Source of the DNA: an uncultured Clostridia bacterium
Lineage (GTDB): Bacteria; Bacillota; Clostridia; Christensenellales; UBA3700
Length of the DNA: 64,000 nt
Reading direction: 5' to 3'
Assembly (NCBI GenBank): GCA_937880755.1
Contig: CALGRX010000020.1
Span: forward strand, 149,645-213,644
Shown here: one piece after another, positions 35,620-46,200 of the stretch
Position numbering within the stretch: position 1 is the stretch's first letter
How the letters are laid out: every line of letters starts with the position of its first letter
Position numbers and translations under genes: made by a program
Notes under the pieces: model-generated
Seen by the model: the letters and a program-made list of their open reading frames with translations, nothing else
What the model was told of the DNA's origin: nothing
Databases searched by the model: none

Positions 35620-37239
35620 CTACCTACTCATCTGTTGCAACGCCAAAAAATCTACTTTTCCAATAGGTGTCCTTGGCAATTCGTCAATAAATTCTATAAT
35701 GCCCGGCATACTGTGCCTCATAAAGTTTTGCGCTATAGCTTGTCTGATTATTTCTATTATTTGTTCGTTGTCAAGCAAGGTGGACGTGTCCTTGACGACG
35801 TATAGCTTGGTCGAGCTCTTGCCGTTGATAGTCGTCTCTACAACGCAACTAATTTTGACGCAATCGAGGTTGTCGACGACGTTCTCAATCTCTTGAGGAA
35901 AGACGTTGACGCCCGATATCTTGACAAGTCTCTTGATACGGTCGGTAAAAAACACGTTGCCGTCCTCGTCGATATATCCCACGTCACCGCTCTTGAGCCA
36001 CTTGACGTGCTTGTCGTCCTCAAAAAAAGCCTCTCGATCGCCCTCGCTGTTATAATAACCCTTCATCAGCGTAGGACCGGATATGACTATCTCGCCCTTA
36101 TTCTTTGGCGGTAAAAAGTTGCCTTGTTCGTCTATTATCGCAAAGGTCATACTCTTGACGGGTCTACCGATTGAGTTGGGTTTGTACACCTTCATGGTGT
36201 TGATGCAACATACGCACGCTTCCGTCAGTCCGTAGCCCTCGCTGAGCAAAATATTGTTGCCTATCTTTTCCATAGCTTGCTTGAAGAGCTGTTTGGTGTT
36301 TTCCGAAACCTTGTCTCCGCCGCAATAGCAAGCGCGAATTTTGGTGAGCATTTTGCCCTTAAACTTGCCCGAGGCAAGCATCTTGGAATACATATAAGGC
36401 ACGCCCGCCACGAAAGTCACACCGTATCTTTTGATGAGATAACAAGCCGTGTCCGCCTTGAATTTAGGCATAAGTATGATGCGTATGCCGGCACATATCA
36501 TAGAATGTAGACATACGCCAAGACCGTAAGTATGGAATATCGGCAACGCCATAAGCATTGCATCCTTGTTGCTGTATCTATGGTCGATCGCGTCGAGTAT
36601 GTTGTCTGTGAGATTGTTGAGAGCCCTATTGCTCATCATCACCGTCTTGGCTTTGCCACACGTGCCGCCACTATGCATATACACCGCCATATCCTCGCCG
36701 TCAACGGCTACCGTAGGCGCGATATATTTGCCTATATCTCTATATCTCACCACGTTGGAAGAATTGTCAGTGCTCAATTTCTTGGCAACGTAGGCGTTGT
36801 AAAAAGGTTTGAATGCCATCGGCAAATAGTCTTGCGCAGAGCACAAAATTATCGGCTTGCCCGTAGCTTCAATCCAATCTTTATATTTGTAAAAAAACTC
36901 GTCGAAAAGTACGTAGGCTTTGGGCGACATCTCCTCGTCCATTGCTTGTAGCTTTTCGCTAGGTATGACGGGATGAACGAGATTGGCTATCGCTCCCGCC
37001 CTATTGATAGCGTAGAAGCATACCAATGCATTGGGGATATTGCTGAGGCAAAGCACAACGTTGTCACCTTTGCCAACGCCAAGGCTCATGAGGTAGCCGG
37101 CAAAATTCTCTACGTCCCTTATAAACTTGGCACGGGTAGTGCTCGCACCCCAAAATTGCCACACCTTGTCGGTGGCAGGATTGTGTGCCGTACACGCCTT
37201 GTAGTAAGAAAACATTGATTGATTGAAATCGACGCTCAT
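35620..37239 (-). CDS. AMP-binding (adenylate-forming) enzyme, acyl-CoA-synthetase-like
   Basis: 539 aa with the A3-type motif HSGGTCGKAKTV, plus GYGLTE and GDVGYIDEDG motifs. Confidence 0.85.
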   Translation of the reverse strand: MSVDFNQSMFSYYKACTAHNPATDKVWQFWGASTTRAKFIRDVENFAGYLMSLGVGKGDNVVLCLSNIPNALVCFYAINRAGAIANLVHPVIPSEKLQAMDEEMSPKAYVLFDEFFYKYKDWIEATGKPIILCSAQDYLPMAFKPFYNAYVAKKLSTDNSSNVVRYRDIGKYIAPTVAVDGEDMAVYMHSGGTCGKAKTVMMSNRALNNLTDNILDAIDHRYSNKDAMLMALPIFHTYGLGVCLHSMICAGIRIILMPKFKADTACYLIKRYGVTFVAGVPYMYSKMLASGKFKGKMLTKIRACYCGGDKVSENTKQLFKQAMEKIGNNILLSEGYGLTEACVCCINTMKVYKPNSIGRPVKSMTFAIIDEQGNFLPPKNKGEIVISGPTLMKGYYNSEGDREAFFEDDKHVKWLKSGDVGYIDEDGNVFFTDRIKRLVKISGVNVFPQEIENVVDNLDCVKISCVVETTINGKSSTKLYVVKDTSTLLDNEQIIEIIRQAIAQNFMRHSMPGIIEFIDELPRTPIGKVDFLALQQMSR

Positions 37240-38117
37240 AGTATCCTACCCAATAAGTTATTTTCGGACAAGTCCGTCCTATCTCCGTCAGTGCCAAATG
37301 CCAAAACCTTGGCTGTCTTGGTAACGGCATATCCGATAATACCGCCGATAGCTACGTCGGACAAGAAGTATTTGCCCGAAAAGAGCGAGCCGATGATGAC
37401 CAAAACCACGAAAAAGTTGATGGCAACTTGCATCCAACCCACCTTGTTGGCAAGTCTTGGGTGTATATTGGTCAAAGTCATCAAAGTCCATGTAGTAAAG
37501 GCGAGTGCCGTCTTGTTGTCGGGCATTGCCCAACCGCCCTCGACGTTGACAATCTTGTACCATGGACTAAAAGTAGCACCTTGTTCAACCACGTCGATAT
37601 AAGAGGCTCTCTTCCATACAAACTTCATTCCGTAAGAAATGCCCGCTACTACGCCGACAATTATGCAAGCGGTGATAGCCCACTTCTTGTACCTTTCGTA
37701 CTCTTGTCTTCTGTGCTTGGACAAATCGTTGAGAAACAGTAAATAAACGAAGACCCCGCATACCGCCGATACCGAAACGTAGTACACCCTCTTGTCAAAA
37801 ATGAGTTGAAAAAGGTCAATAACGGCGAAAGTCGCCGAAATTATACCCAAGACAAAATACGCAATGATATATAGCCTCTTGAGTACGATATTACATTCTT
37901 TGTTGTAGGCGCACTTGAGCAGTATTCCGCAAGCCGCCATCATTATCAAAAACGCGGGAACTTTGGCAATAGAATCAATTAGGACGCTAAAGGTATTGCC
38001 GGGTAGACAAATAGCCTCGGCAATAGCCAAATCTTTGAATGAACCTATGGTGAGCATCGTGAGCAAAATAAACGCTGTTGCCACGCTCCAAATCGCTTGT
38101 CTTATTGCTTCTTTCAT
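37236..38117 (-). CDS. PAP2-like membrane protein with all three catalytic motifs degenerate
   Basis: 293 aa, a paralog of the upstream PAP2 gene. KFVWKRASY replaces KFLWCRMRY, MPDNKT replaces PSGHSS, and SGKYFLSD replaces SRIVNCAHFLSD. Confidence 0.55.
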   Translation of the reverse strand: MKEAIRQAIWSVATAFILLTMLTIGSFKDLAIAEAICLPGNTFSVLIDSIAKVPAFLIMMAACGILLKCAYNKECNIVLKRLYIIAYFVLGIISATFAVIDLFQLIFDKRVYYVSVSAVCGVFVYLLFLNDLSKHRRQEYERYKKWAITACIIVGVVAGISYGMKFVWKRASYIDVVEQGATFSPWYKIVNVEGGWAMPDNKTALAFTTWTLMTLTNIHPRLANKVGWMQVAINFFVVLVIIGSLFSGKYFLSDVAIGGIIGYAVTKTAKVLAFGTDGDRTDLSENNLLGRIL

Positions 38118-39055
38118 TTAACTTCCTCTTGAGATAGAGCCCTATCGCTGATTGCGTAAGTGTACTTGTCCTTAGCAAAAAATACCTTTTTGAGCACGAA
38201 AAATATAGCGTAAGTGATATATACGCCCGCTACCGTGTCGGACAAGAAATGCGCGCAGTTGACTATCCTGGAATACATAGTCAAGCCTATGAGAATTATG
38301 CTGACGGCGTACACCGTAGGTTTGACCCACTTGCGACTCTTGAGCGAAGGTAAAATATCACACAATACCCACAACAAGCACAGATGCGTAATACTTGACG
38401 AGTGCCCCGACGGAAAGGACGTATATTTGTAAGACGGGTCGAGTTTTTCTCTACCTATCATAACTTGCCACCAGTTGCTAAAGCCGTCGAAGTTACCCTC
38501 TTTGAGCATATCGCGGTATCTCATACGACACCACAAAAACTTCATAACACGCATAACCACCAAAGCCACTATGACAAAAACTAAGGAAAATACCGCCCAC
38601 TTGAGCAGTCTATGCATAGTATCTCTTGGCAAAAAGTAGCCTATACCTAAGGTAAAAGCACCGTAGAAAAACGCCTTGAAAATCGCCCACAATACATTGT
38701 GCTCTTGCTCTGTAGGTACGACGGCAAGCTCCGTCATCTTCTGGGCGTTAAGCCCAAACATAAGCCAACCTAGCCAAATAACCACCGCGCCTGCAATCAT
38801 AATTCCGATTTTTGCTTTTTTGTTATCTAAAACATCGTAATTGTAGAATATTATCACGCCGGCTATAGGCACGGCAAAATATGCGGGATACTCGGTAATC
38901 ACGGCAAATAGTTGTCCGAAAAAGGAGCGTTGGTCGCCCACGGCTTGAGAAATTTTGAGGTCGTAAAACGACGCTATAATCATAAGCGCGACGCCTACAA
39001 CCAATGCTATAGAGTGACCGATTATTGAAATCTTATTGCTCTTAGTCAGTTCCAT
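38114..39055 (-). CDS. PAP2-family lipid phosphatase
   Basis: 313 aa, polytopic, with the motifs KFLWCRMRY, FPSGHS and SRIVNCAHFLSD. Confidence 0.8.
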   Translation of the reverse strand: MELTKSNKISIIGHSIALVVGVALMIIASFYDLKISQAVGDQRSFFGQLFAVITEYPAYFAVPIAGVIIFYNYDVLDNKKAKIGIMIAGAVVIWLGWLMFGLNAQKMTELAVVPTEQEHNVLWAIFKAFFYGAFTLGIGYFLPRDTMHRLLKWAVFSLVFVIVALVVMRVMKFLWCRMRYRDMLKEGNFDGFSNWWQVMIGREKLDPSYKYTSFPSGHSSSITHLCLLWVLCDILPSLKSRKWVKPTVYAVSIILIGLTMYSRIVNCAHFLSDTVAGVYITYAIFFVLKKVFFAKDKYTYAISDRALSQEEVK

Positions 39056-39219
39056 ATTATATATTATAATATATTATCGATATTGTTTCAAGTACTTTTT
39101 TTGATTTTTGAAGGGGCGCGACTAGTTGCGTCTTGCTCGCAAAATAAAATATCATAGCCAAGCTATTATAATCTTTGACGATCTAAAGCGACTTTACCCA
39201 AATCAGTCAAGCAATTAAG

Positions 39220-39248
39220 TAAAAAAATCCCCGACTTGTCGTCGGGGA
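39220..39248 (-). terminator. Terminator of the lipoprotein gene
   Basis: On the minus strand: TCCCCGAC-gacaa-GTCGGGGA followed by T7. Confidence 0.7.
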
Positions 39249-39269
39249 ATTAGCTAAGTCGTTAGAAAC

Positions 39270-40232
39270 TTATTTTGCCCAAGCAGCGCAATAAGTATCC
39301 TTTTCTGCCATGGTGTAACCAGCTTCGGCAGGGTTGTAAGAATATTGTTGTCTGGATTTGAGCTCGATTGCGCTATCAATAATACCTGCAATCTTAACTT
39401 GGTATTGCTCGGTGATGTAAAGGTCTGCAAGATAGCCGTTGTCCCATACTACTACGTCGAACTTGAGCGCGAGGAAAGTAAGTCCTTCGGATCCTACCGA
39501 TTGATTGAGCATATATTCCATAACTGCCTTGTAGTTTTTAGTAACTTTGTCAAGATCGAATATAATAGAGAACTTGTATTGATCCTTTCCTTCTACCTTT
39601 TCTACATTAGTGATTTGAGCGATAGCGCCGTCTACGTCGGTATCGTACATCCAAATCTTGGTTGGGTCGTTGACTTTTTCAGTTACGAGAGCGTTAACCG
39701 TAGCAAAAGATTCGGCAGCCTTAAACTTTTTGGACCAACCTTCAAGTCCCTTGCCCGTGCTATCTTTGCCGTCTTTATACTTAATGTCGCTCGCACTTCT
39801 AATGTAAGCCTTGCCGTTAGAGTCAACGTAGGTCTCCTCGTATACTTGCGCGAACAAGCTGTAAGATCTATTGTCTACGAAATACTTGCTACCTGCGGTG
39901 TTAGCCTTACCTTGTCTAACCTTGTTACCTACTACTAGTTGGTTGACTTTGAGACCCCTAATAGAGGTCTCTACGTTGCCCTTGAGATACGTAGACACGT
40001 AATCTGCGCCGTAGAAGTTGGCTATTGCAGCATAGAACATCTCGGTTGCAGTGCTATTCTCCGTAATAGCCGTAACGGGTGCTGCGGTAGGCTTGGCTGT
40101 ACCCATGGTCATTTCTTCCGGGGTGAACGGCGTAATCTTAACTTCATCGAACTTGTCGTCACATCCCATAAACATAGTACCCATAATTACGGCAATGATA
40201 ATGATTGCTAAAATTGAAACGTACTTTTTCAT
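39270..40232 (-). CDS. Putative lipoprotein of unknown function
   Basis: 320 aa with a signal peptide ending in the lipobox FMGC followed by DDK. The mature part is unrecognised. Confidence 0.7.
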   Translation of the reverse strand: MKKYVSILAIIIIAVIMGTMFMGCDDKFDEVKITPFTPEEMTMGTAKPTAAPVTAITENSTATEMFYAAIANFYGADYVSTYLKGNVETSIRGLKVNQLVVGNKVRQGKANTAGSKYFVDNRSYSLFAQVYEETYVDSNGKAYIRSASDIKYKDGKDSTGKGLEGWSKKFKAAESFATVNALVTEKVNDPTKIWMYDTDVDGAIAQITNVEKVEGKDQYKFSIIFDLDKVTKNYKAVMEYMLNQSVGSEGLTFLALKFDVVVWDNGYLADLYITEQYQVKIAGIIDSAIELKSRQQYSYNPAEAGYTMAEKDTYCAAWAK

Positions 40233-40345
40233 ATTTTCTCCTTTTTAGACGTTTGTCATAAGTTAATAATAATATACTCCAAAGTAAAAATCAAGTATAA
40301 TTGCACCAAAAAAAATCAAATACTTCTAGCCGGAGATTAGTCCTA

Positions 40346-41008
40346 CTATTCCTTACGCTCCGAGTTTGAGGTGTCTTCGTCGTTGGATTGCGACTTGGAA
40401 CGGCGCATCGACACGACGAGCTTGACGATATAAGCGACGAGCGCAACGAGTACGATTGCCATAAGTCCGTATATGATATAATCAATGTAGTTACTGAGAA
40501 AATATGACAAAAGCGTGATGATTGAAGAAGCTACTATATTGCCTAAAATCACCATTAGCATAGACTTGACAAAGCCAAGCCCCATAAAGGACGCCACGGC
40601 ACTGCCCGTCCAAACTCCCGTCATAGGAATTGGCACGGCAACGAAAGCAAAGACTCCCAAGAGTTTCTTACGCTCGATAATCTTGGGGTCAAAAGCCTTG
40701 TCGGCTTTGTCTTGCACCGCGCTGACCTTGCTCTGAAAAACACCTTCGACAGCGTGAGCCAAAAACCTAAAAGCCTTGGTATTTTTCATCCACTTAAGTA
40801 TAGGTTGCAAAATAAGCAAAAGTATAGGCGCAACGAGCGACGAACCCAAAAAGGCGCAAGCAAATGCTTGAAAGATATTCATATCCATCGCTACGGCTAC
40901 GGGTATAGCTCCCCTAACTTCGATAAGCGGTATCATAGATATGATGATTATCGTAAGATAGTCGCTCGGTAGCACGTTGCGAAAAAACTCAATAATAGAA
41001 TCTATCAA
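40346..41008 (-). CDS. COG2426 small multidrug-export-like membrane protein
   Basis: 220 aa. The stretch IIISMIPLIEVRGAIPVAVAM is a typical family N-terminus. The C-terminal tail is charged. Confidence 0.65.
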   Translation of the reverse strand: MIDSIIEFFRNVLPSDYLTIIIISMIPLIEVRGAIPVAVAMDMNIFQAFACAFLGSSLVAPILLLILQPILKWMKNTKAFRFLAHAVEGVFQSKVSAVQDKADKAFDPKIIERKKLLGVFAFVAVPIPMTGVWTGSAVASFMGLGFVKSMLMVILGNIVASSIITLLSYFLSNYIDYIIYGLMAIVLVALVAYIVKLVVSMRRSKSQSNDEDTSNSERKE

Positions 41009-41102
41009 AATACTTCTCCTATATCAATCTTATTATATATATTATTCAGCTTTTAGTCAACAAACATTTGCTTTTGGAAGACAAAACTTATATAATCAAC
41101 TT

Positions 41103-41843
41103 ATGCAAAAACTATTGAGCCTAGCAAGAAAAGCCATAAGCGACTACAAAATGATTGAGGATGGCGACAAAATTGCCGTTGGACTTTCGGGCGGTAAAGA
41201 CAGTATTACTCTACTTGCCGTGCTTGCCGCATACAAAAAATTCGCACCCGAAAAGTTTGACCTCATAGCTATCAATATAGATATGGGCTTCGAAGATATC
41301 GACAAAAATCAAGTGCAGGCAACCAAGGACTTCTGCGAGAGCGTAGGCGTTCCGCTAATAATAGAAAAGACCGATATTGCCGCAATTATCTTTGACGAAA
41401 GAAAAGAAAAAAGCCCTTGTTCTCTATGCTCCAAGATGCGTAGAGGCGCTCTCAACAACGTCGCTATCGACCACGGTTGCAACAAGCTCGCGCTAGGTCA
41501 CCACGCCGACGACGTGATTGAAACCATGATGCTCTCTCTATTGTACGAAGGCAGATTTTCGACCTTTATGCCTATAAGCTACATGGACAAAAGCAAAATA
41601 ACACTCATAAGACCGCTAGTCTATATCGAAGAAAAGCAAATCAACTGGACGGCAAAAAGACTAGGCTTGCCTGTGATTTTTAACCCTTGTCCTAGGGACA
41701 AACATACCAAAAGAGAGGACGTCAAGCAACTAATTCGCAACCTTGACGAACAATTCGTAGACTCCAAAAAGCATATTATGTCGGCTATCTTTAACCCCGA
41801 AAGAAATAGCCTTTGGGACAAAGCCAAGCCTAATGGCGACTAG
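41103..41843 (+). CDS. TtcA-family PP-loop tRNA thiolation ATPase
   Basis: PP-loop SGGKDS and CSLCSKMRRG. I chose the start at MQKLLSLARKAI (ATG 41103). Confidence 0.8.
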   Translation: MQKLLSLARKAISDYKMIEDGDKIAVGLSGGKDSITLLAVLAAYKKFAPEKFDLIAINIDMGFEDIDKNQVQATKDFCESVGVPLIIEKTDIAAIIFDERKEKSPCSLCSKMRRGALNNVAIDHGCNKLALGHHADDVIETMMLSLLYEGRFSTFMPISYMDKSKITLIRPLVYIEEKQINWTAKRLGLPVIFNPCPRDKHTKREDVKQLIRNLDEQFVDSKKHIMSAIFNPERNSLWDKAKPNGD

Positions 41844-42085
41844 GTTTTGTTCTTTTGATAGAGCTTCTTCGTACTCTCTCCTCCCCGCAGATGTCTCACC
41901 GACATATTAAAGTCCAACACACTCTTAACCCTACGATATAGCCCTGCGTCTATATAGACTAGTTTTTTGGTCATATCGTTGTGCACGGTGCTCTTGCTAA
42001 TGCCGAATATCTTAGACGCACCTCTAACCGTGCACCCCGTCATTGCTATGTATCTGGCAACGTTTAGAATTTTATCTTTTTCCAT
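41840..42085 (-). CDS. spoIIID: Sporulation transcriptional regulator SpoIIID
   Basis: 81 aa. The stretch TVRGASKIFGISKSTVHNDMT ... VRHLRGG is a SpoIIID HTH signature. Confidence 0.93.
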   Translation of the reverse strand: MEKDKILNVARYIAMTGCTVRGASKIFGISKSTVHNDMTKKLVYIDAGLYRRVKSVLDFNMSVRHLRGGESTKKLYQKNKT

Positions 42086-42124
42086 TTTTCACCTTATTTA
42101 AGCCTATTCTTAACGTGATGAAAA

Positions 42125-42168
42125 TATGAAAAATATATCGTCGTATGATTGTATAACCATACGACGAT
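42125..42168 (-). terminator. Hairpin terminator downstream of the TSUP half-transporter pair
   Basis: An 11-bp stem ATCGTCGTATG ... CATACGACGAT. On the minus strand it is followed by ATATATTTTTC. Confidence 0.55.
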
Positions 42169-42223
42169 TTGAATAAATATACATTCGCATATCTGCATAT
42201 CGGCATATTGCAATATGTGAGTT

Positions 42224-42613
42224 TTATCTTATTTTTCGTCTTGCGTTGATTATTTGAATTATAATTTTGACAAGCATCGCTACGCCAAGCAAAGTCAAAA
42301 ATATACCGAAGCCTTTGGAAAGAAATTCCCCCTTAATTCTCGGAGCAACGAAGGCGCCGACACATGCCGTTATCAATGCAGGCACACTAACACATAACAT
42401 TGCTTTGAAATCTATACGTTTATTTTTGGCGTGTATTATTACCGCCGCTATTGCCATTGGTAAAAACGATATGAGGTTAGTCAATTGCGCCTCTACTTGC
42501 TCCACACCCAAAAAAATCGTCAAAATCGGTATCAACAACGTACCGCCACCCATGCCCATTCCACCGATTATGCCGCCGATAAGCCCTGCGATTATATACC
42601 ATAAATATTGCAT
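42224..42613 (-). CDS. TSUP (TauE/SafE) family half-size transporter subunit (4 TM helices)
   Basis: 129 aa with GGMGMGGGTLLIPIL. Confidence 0.8.
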   Translation of the reverse strand: MQYLWYIIAGLIGGIIGGMGMGGGTLLIPILTIFLGVEQVEAQLTNLISFLPMAIAAVIIHAKNKRIDFKAMLCVSVPALITACVGAFVAPRIKGEFLSKGFGIFLTLLGVAMLVKIIIQIINARRKIR

Positions 42614-42653
42614 AATTATAAAATTACCTCGTTGTTATTATTACGCCTTTGCG

Positions 42654-43043
42654 TTATGCGAGCGCCATTTTTACCCCGCCCACTATCATCAAAATATAGA
42701 ATATGGGTTGTAACCACTTTGCCGGTATCTTCTTCATCAAGAGCGCTCCGACTATTCCGCCGACAACCACACCTGCCGTTACGACCAATCCGCTCTTCCA
42801 TTGCCAACCGCCTTGAGTCAAATAGAATATTACGCTGACGAGGCATAGCGGAAATATCGTCGCAATTGCCGTCGCGTGCGCTTTGACGGGCTCAAGTCCG
42901 TATAATCCCGTTAGGATAGGCACTACTATCATTCCGCCGCCACCGCCGAATACTCCCGTTGCAAACCCTGCAAATAGGCTTGCCATTACTATCAATATCC
43001 TTTTGCCGATACTTATTCGTCCACTCTCCCACAAATTTCCCAT
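42654..43043 (-). CDS. TSUP (TauE/SafE) family half-size transporter subunit (4 TM helices)
   Basis: 129 aa with GVFGGGGGMIVVPIL. Confidence 0.8.
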   Translation of the reverse strand: MGNLWESGRISIGKRILIVMASLFAGFATGVFGGGGGMIVVPILTGLYGLEPVKAHATAIATIFPLCLVSVIFYLTQGGWQWKSGLVVTAGVVVGGIVGALLMKKIPAKWLQPIFYILMIVGGVKMALA

Positions 43044-43148
43044 AGCCTTATTGTGTGCCTAACTTGATTTTTTATAAATCATCATTATCATAGCTTGACC
43101 ACATTGTAAAAAAACATTAAACGGAAAGAGAAATTTTGGGTAAATCTA

Positions 43149-43177
43149 TTGCAATATAATTGAGTTTGCTTTATAAT
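43149..43177 (+). promoter_or_regulatory. Sigma-A-type promoter for the 1221-aa surface protein gene
   Basis: TTGCAA, a 17-nt spacer, then TATAAT. Confidence 0.5.
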
Positions 43178-43226
43178 AATTAAGATTATAATAATTATAT
43201 TCAATAACATATCATAAGGTGGTACA

Positions 43227-46200
43227 ATGAACACAAAAAAACGTTTTCTTCTAACACTGCTGATTGCGATTATGTGCATAGCTATGCTTGCTACCGCAAT
43301 CGCTTGTGATAAGGACACAGACGACAACACTGACGACACCGATACCAGCGAACAACTGTTCACCAACGGTGACTTTACGCTGACAACGGGTGACACCTAT
43401 CCTGCTACTCCCGGCTCTTGGACGTCTTCCACGGGCGCTTCTAACGCACAGGCAGGCTCCGACAACGTCATTGCAGGCGTCATCGACACTAGCAGTTCTT
43501 CTTTTAAGAGCAACAAAAAGACCTACGGTTCGATAGAGAACCCCGGCAAGACGGGCGAAGACGATAAGATTTTGATGATTTATAACAAAATCAAAAATTC
43601 TTATAAGTACACCTCCGCCAACGTTACTCTTAACAAAAATTCTTATTACGAGTTGACCTTTAGCGTCAAGACTTTGTTGACCGACCCTAGCGAAACTTCG
43701 GGCGCATACGTATACCTTACGGGTGACGCTTACGCAGAGTTCAAGGCCATCGACACCAACGGCGAATGGAAAAACTATAAGATAGTTATCGAAACCTCCA
43801 ACATGAGCACTAACAGCATTTCGCTCCTTCTCTCGGCAGGTTCGACTACCGACGCCAACACTCAAGGTCACGTATTCTTCGATAGCGTCGTACTCAAAAA
43901 CTTGACCGACGTTGAAGAGGGCGAAACGGCGTTTACCGCTAGCGATTTTGCTAGCCTTGCCACCAACGAATATACCGCTAAGTATAGCGCGATAGGTGGT
44001 GATAAAGAGTTCGATTACGCTTCTATCAGCTCTACCTCTACCTTCAAAACCCCTTCTAAATACACGGGCAACGTTGGTAAAGGCTCAGGCGATAGCGCTC
44101 CGTCATCCTCTTCTTATCTTGAAAAAGGTATCGTCGACGTAACGGCTACTTCTTCGGTAACCGTGGGCGACGCTCAATACACCCTTACTACGGCAGAAGG
44201 CTCTCAAGGCAACAATATACTTGTCATCAACAACAAAAAAGCAACGGCTTACGGCTATCGTTCTTCGGTGGCTACTCGCTTCTTTGCAGGCAAATATTAT
44301 GCCGTTAGCGTCAACGTTCGCACCAATATCCTCGACGGCAACGGCGCAACGCTAAAGCTCACCAACGGTACCGATACCGACGAAAGAAATATCGTCATCA
44401 ACAATATCAATACCGCGGGCGATTGGCAAACCGTTACGTTCTTCATCCAAGCCAACGACAAGCGTAACAACGACTTGTATCTGGAATTGTGGCTAGGTCA
44501 AGGCGGTGCAAACGATACGGCAACACACGTTAGAGGTATCGCAAGCTTTGACAAAGTAACCATCAAAGAAGTTGACCAAGAGGCTTATAATAGTGGCGTC
44601 AATAGGTTCTCTTTGCTCTCCACTCACGTTGCAGAAAATATTGATATCAACAATTTCGTCAACACCACCTACGACGAAACTATTGCTACCGATAGAAGCC
44701 AAATGAGCGTAGAAGGCGGAGTGTTGACTCTCAACAACGTCTTGCCTACCGCTATTACCACGTCCAACTTTACCAAGACAGCTGACGACAAACTCGACAA
44801 GAGCAAAGGTTACACCATATACCCTAACAACTACTATCTCATGTCGGTAATGTTTAAGACTGACGTGGCAGATAAAACTAAGGGACTAACTATCAGCCTC
44901 GTTTCGTACAACGAAGACGGCACCAAGTATAGCGACTCTTACTCTTCTCTTGCATCCTTGTCGGCACTCAACACCCTCAATCTCGACGACTACAAGATAG
45001 AAGGCGACTATACCGAAGCAAGCTTCTATATCAAAGGAAGCGAATACGAAAGCAATATCGTAGGCTTGCAATTTACACTGGGAAGCGGTGCGGGCACTCA
45101 ATCGGCTTCACACGTAGTGGGCAAGGCTATGATTAAGGATATCACCGTAGAAAACATCACGCCTTCCGAATACAACGCAGTAACTACTTCTACCGTTACC
45201 AAGACGGCAAGCTTTAGCGAATCGAGCGACTCTAACGGCGTTTCTTCCAACGGCGAGTTTAAGATTATCGACGCCGCCGCTACCAGAGAGCTCTACGTCG
45301 ACGACGTATTTACCGCACAAGGCAAACTCTATAAGCATCTCGGCGTGCCTAAGAATTGGACTATCACCAAAAAGACTGCCATCACCGACGGCAACAGCAG
45401 AGCCGGCGTACTCGACGTTGAGTCCACCGACCTTATGACCGAGATGGGTCTTGACCCCGTAGGCTTCTTCAACGGCTATAACAGCGAAGACAACCCTACC
45501 GTGCTCGCTATCAACTCTATCGACTCGACGGCTATCGGATATTCTTCCAACAGTATCACGCTCAACTCTAACTCGTATTATATGTTTAGCGTATGGGCAA
45601 AGGCTGACGGAAGTCCTCTAAGCATCGAATTGGCTACTAAGACGGCAAGCGGTGACGAAAACAACAAATACTACAATATCAACCCTAGCGACGACAAGTG
45701 GCACCAATACTTTATCTACGTAGAGACCGGCATCAGCTCGGTATCGGTAAAACTTACCCTCTACTCGGGTAACCCACAAGTTAGCAGCAACACTCAAAAC
45801 GGTTGGGTATTCTTCGATAGCGCTAAGTATATTTCGATAGACGAAAACACCTACAAGCAAGGTTGCTCGCTCGAAAATAGCACTAACGTCAACGTCTTGG
45901 CTCAGTCTTGGCTCGTCGACAGCTTTGACTCTACTTCGACTTCCGACGCTTTGACTTCTCCTGAGAACTGGTCGGGCAAATTGTTGGATTCTAACGCAAA
46001 ATCAGATAGCGACTATCTCGCGGCAGGCGTGTTTGACCAAACTTGCGGTGATTGGTCCAATATCGACATCGACCCCGATACCGATACCACCGTGGCAAAT
46101 GCTATATTTGACAACGAAAAGAATATCGGCGATTCGGTACTCGTGATTTACAACAAAAAGCCTACGTCTTATCAGTACACCTCTAGTAGCACTACCCTCA

